Shown here in pieces: positions 63,969 to 64,000 of a DNA stretch of 64,000 bases. The notes under the pieces are model-generated. The model was given only the letters and a program-made list of their open reading frames with translations, made no database searches and was not told the origin of the DNA. The position numbers and the translations under genes are program-made. The first letter of the stretch is position 1, and each line of letters opens with the position of its first letter. The DNA lies in the IMG/VR virus record IMGVR_UViG_3300009151_009555. One strand, 5' to 3'. The stretch comes from a virus.

Positions 63969-64000
63969 TGGTCCAGGAGGGACTCGAACCCCCGACTTCA
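63969..64000 (-). tRNA. 3-prime part of a minus-strand tRNA truncated by the window edge
   Basis: The minus-strand reading ...GGGGG-TTCGAGT-CCCTC-CTGGACC-A is a T-arm plus acceptor 3-prime half. Confidence 0.4.

Noticed and set aside
1-64000. CRISPR arrays, rRNA genes, integrase or attachment sites, IS elements
   Set aside because: No CRISPR-like repeat-spacer periodicity and no rRNA-like conserved segments were seen. No tyrosine or serine recombinase motifs were noticed. The only mobile-element-like gene is the HNH endonuclease.

Overview
The window is AT-rich, gene-dense and phage-like. It carries about 125 short, tightly packed ORFs (many with overlapping stop/start codons) on both strands, at least 10 tRNA genes and no rRNA or CRISPR array. 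Three lines of evidence point to a large virulent phage of a Bacteroidetes/Flavobacteriia host: Bacteroidetes-type signal peptides ending ...FAQ/...FSQ; bacterial class-II tRNA-Tyr; and TAnnTTTG -7-like boxes ahead of minus-strand genes.

Recognisable functions:
- two C5-cytosine DNA methyltransferases;
- a T4 gp1-like dNMP kinase and a P-loop kinase;
- a GmhA heptose isomerase next to a 1104-aa four-domain glycosyltransferase and a pyruvyl-transferase-like protein;
- three SAM methyltransferases (two are paralogs);
- an HNH homing endonuclease embedded in the tRNA cluster;
- Smr, SPFH lipoprotein, PspC, GatB/YqeY, Lar-like, nucleotidyltransferase and MORN proteins, and an OMP beta-barrel-like protein.

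The most unusual signals are two very large paralogous protein sets, each defined only by a terminus:
- about 19 proteins begin MK[HY][IL]K.FE.F, and each is immediately preceded by the DNA motif TTTTAATATATACTnTA next to the ATG;
- about 28 proteins end R[ED]xKLxELGI, usually followed by an overlapping ATATGA stop/start junction.

Other notable points are several aberrant tRNAs (Ile-TAT, a class-II-like TCC, a 106-nt tRNA-like element), a paralog pair sharing a GSSCMRY..RC core (one with a DnaJ-type zinc finger), and a few unusually long ORF-free regions with inverted repeats.
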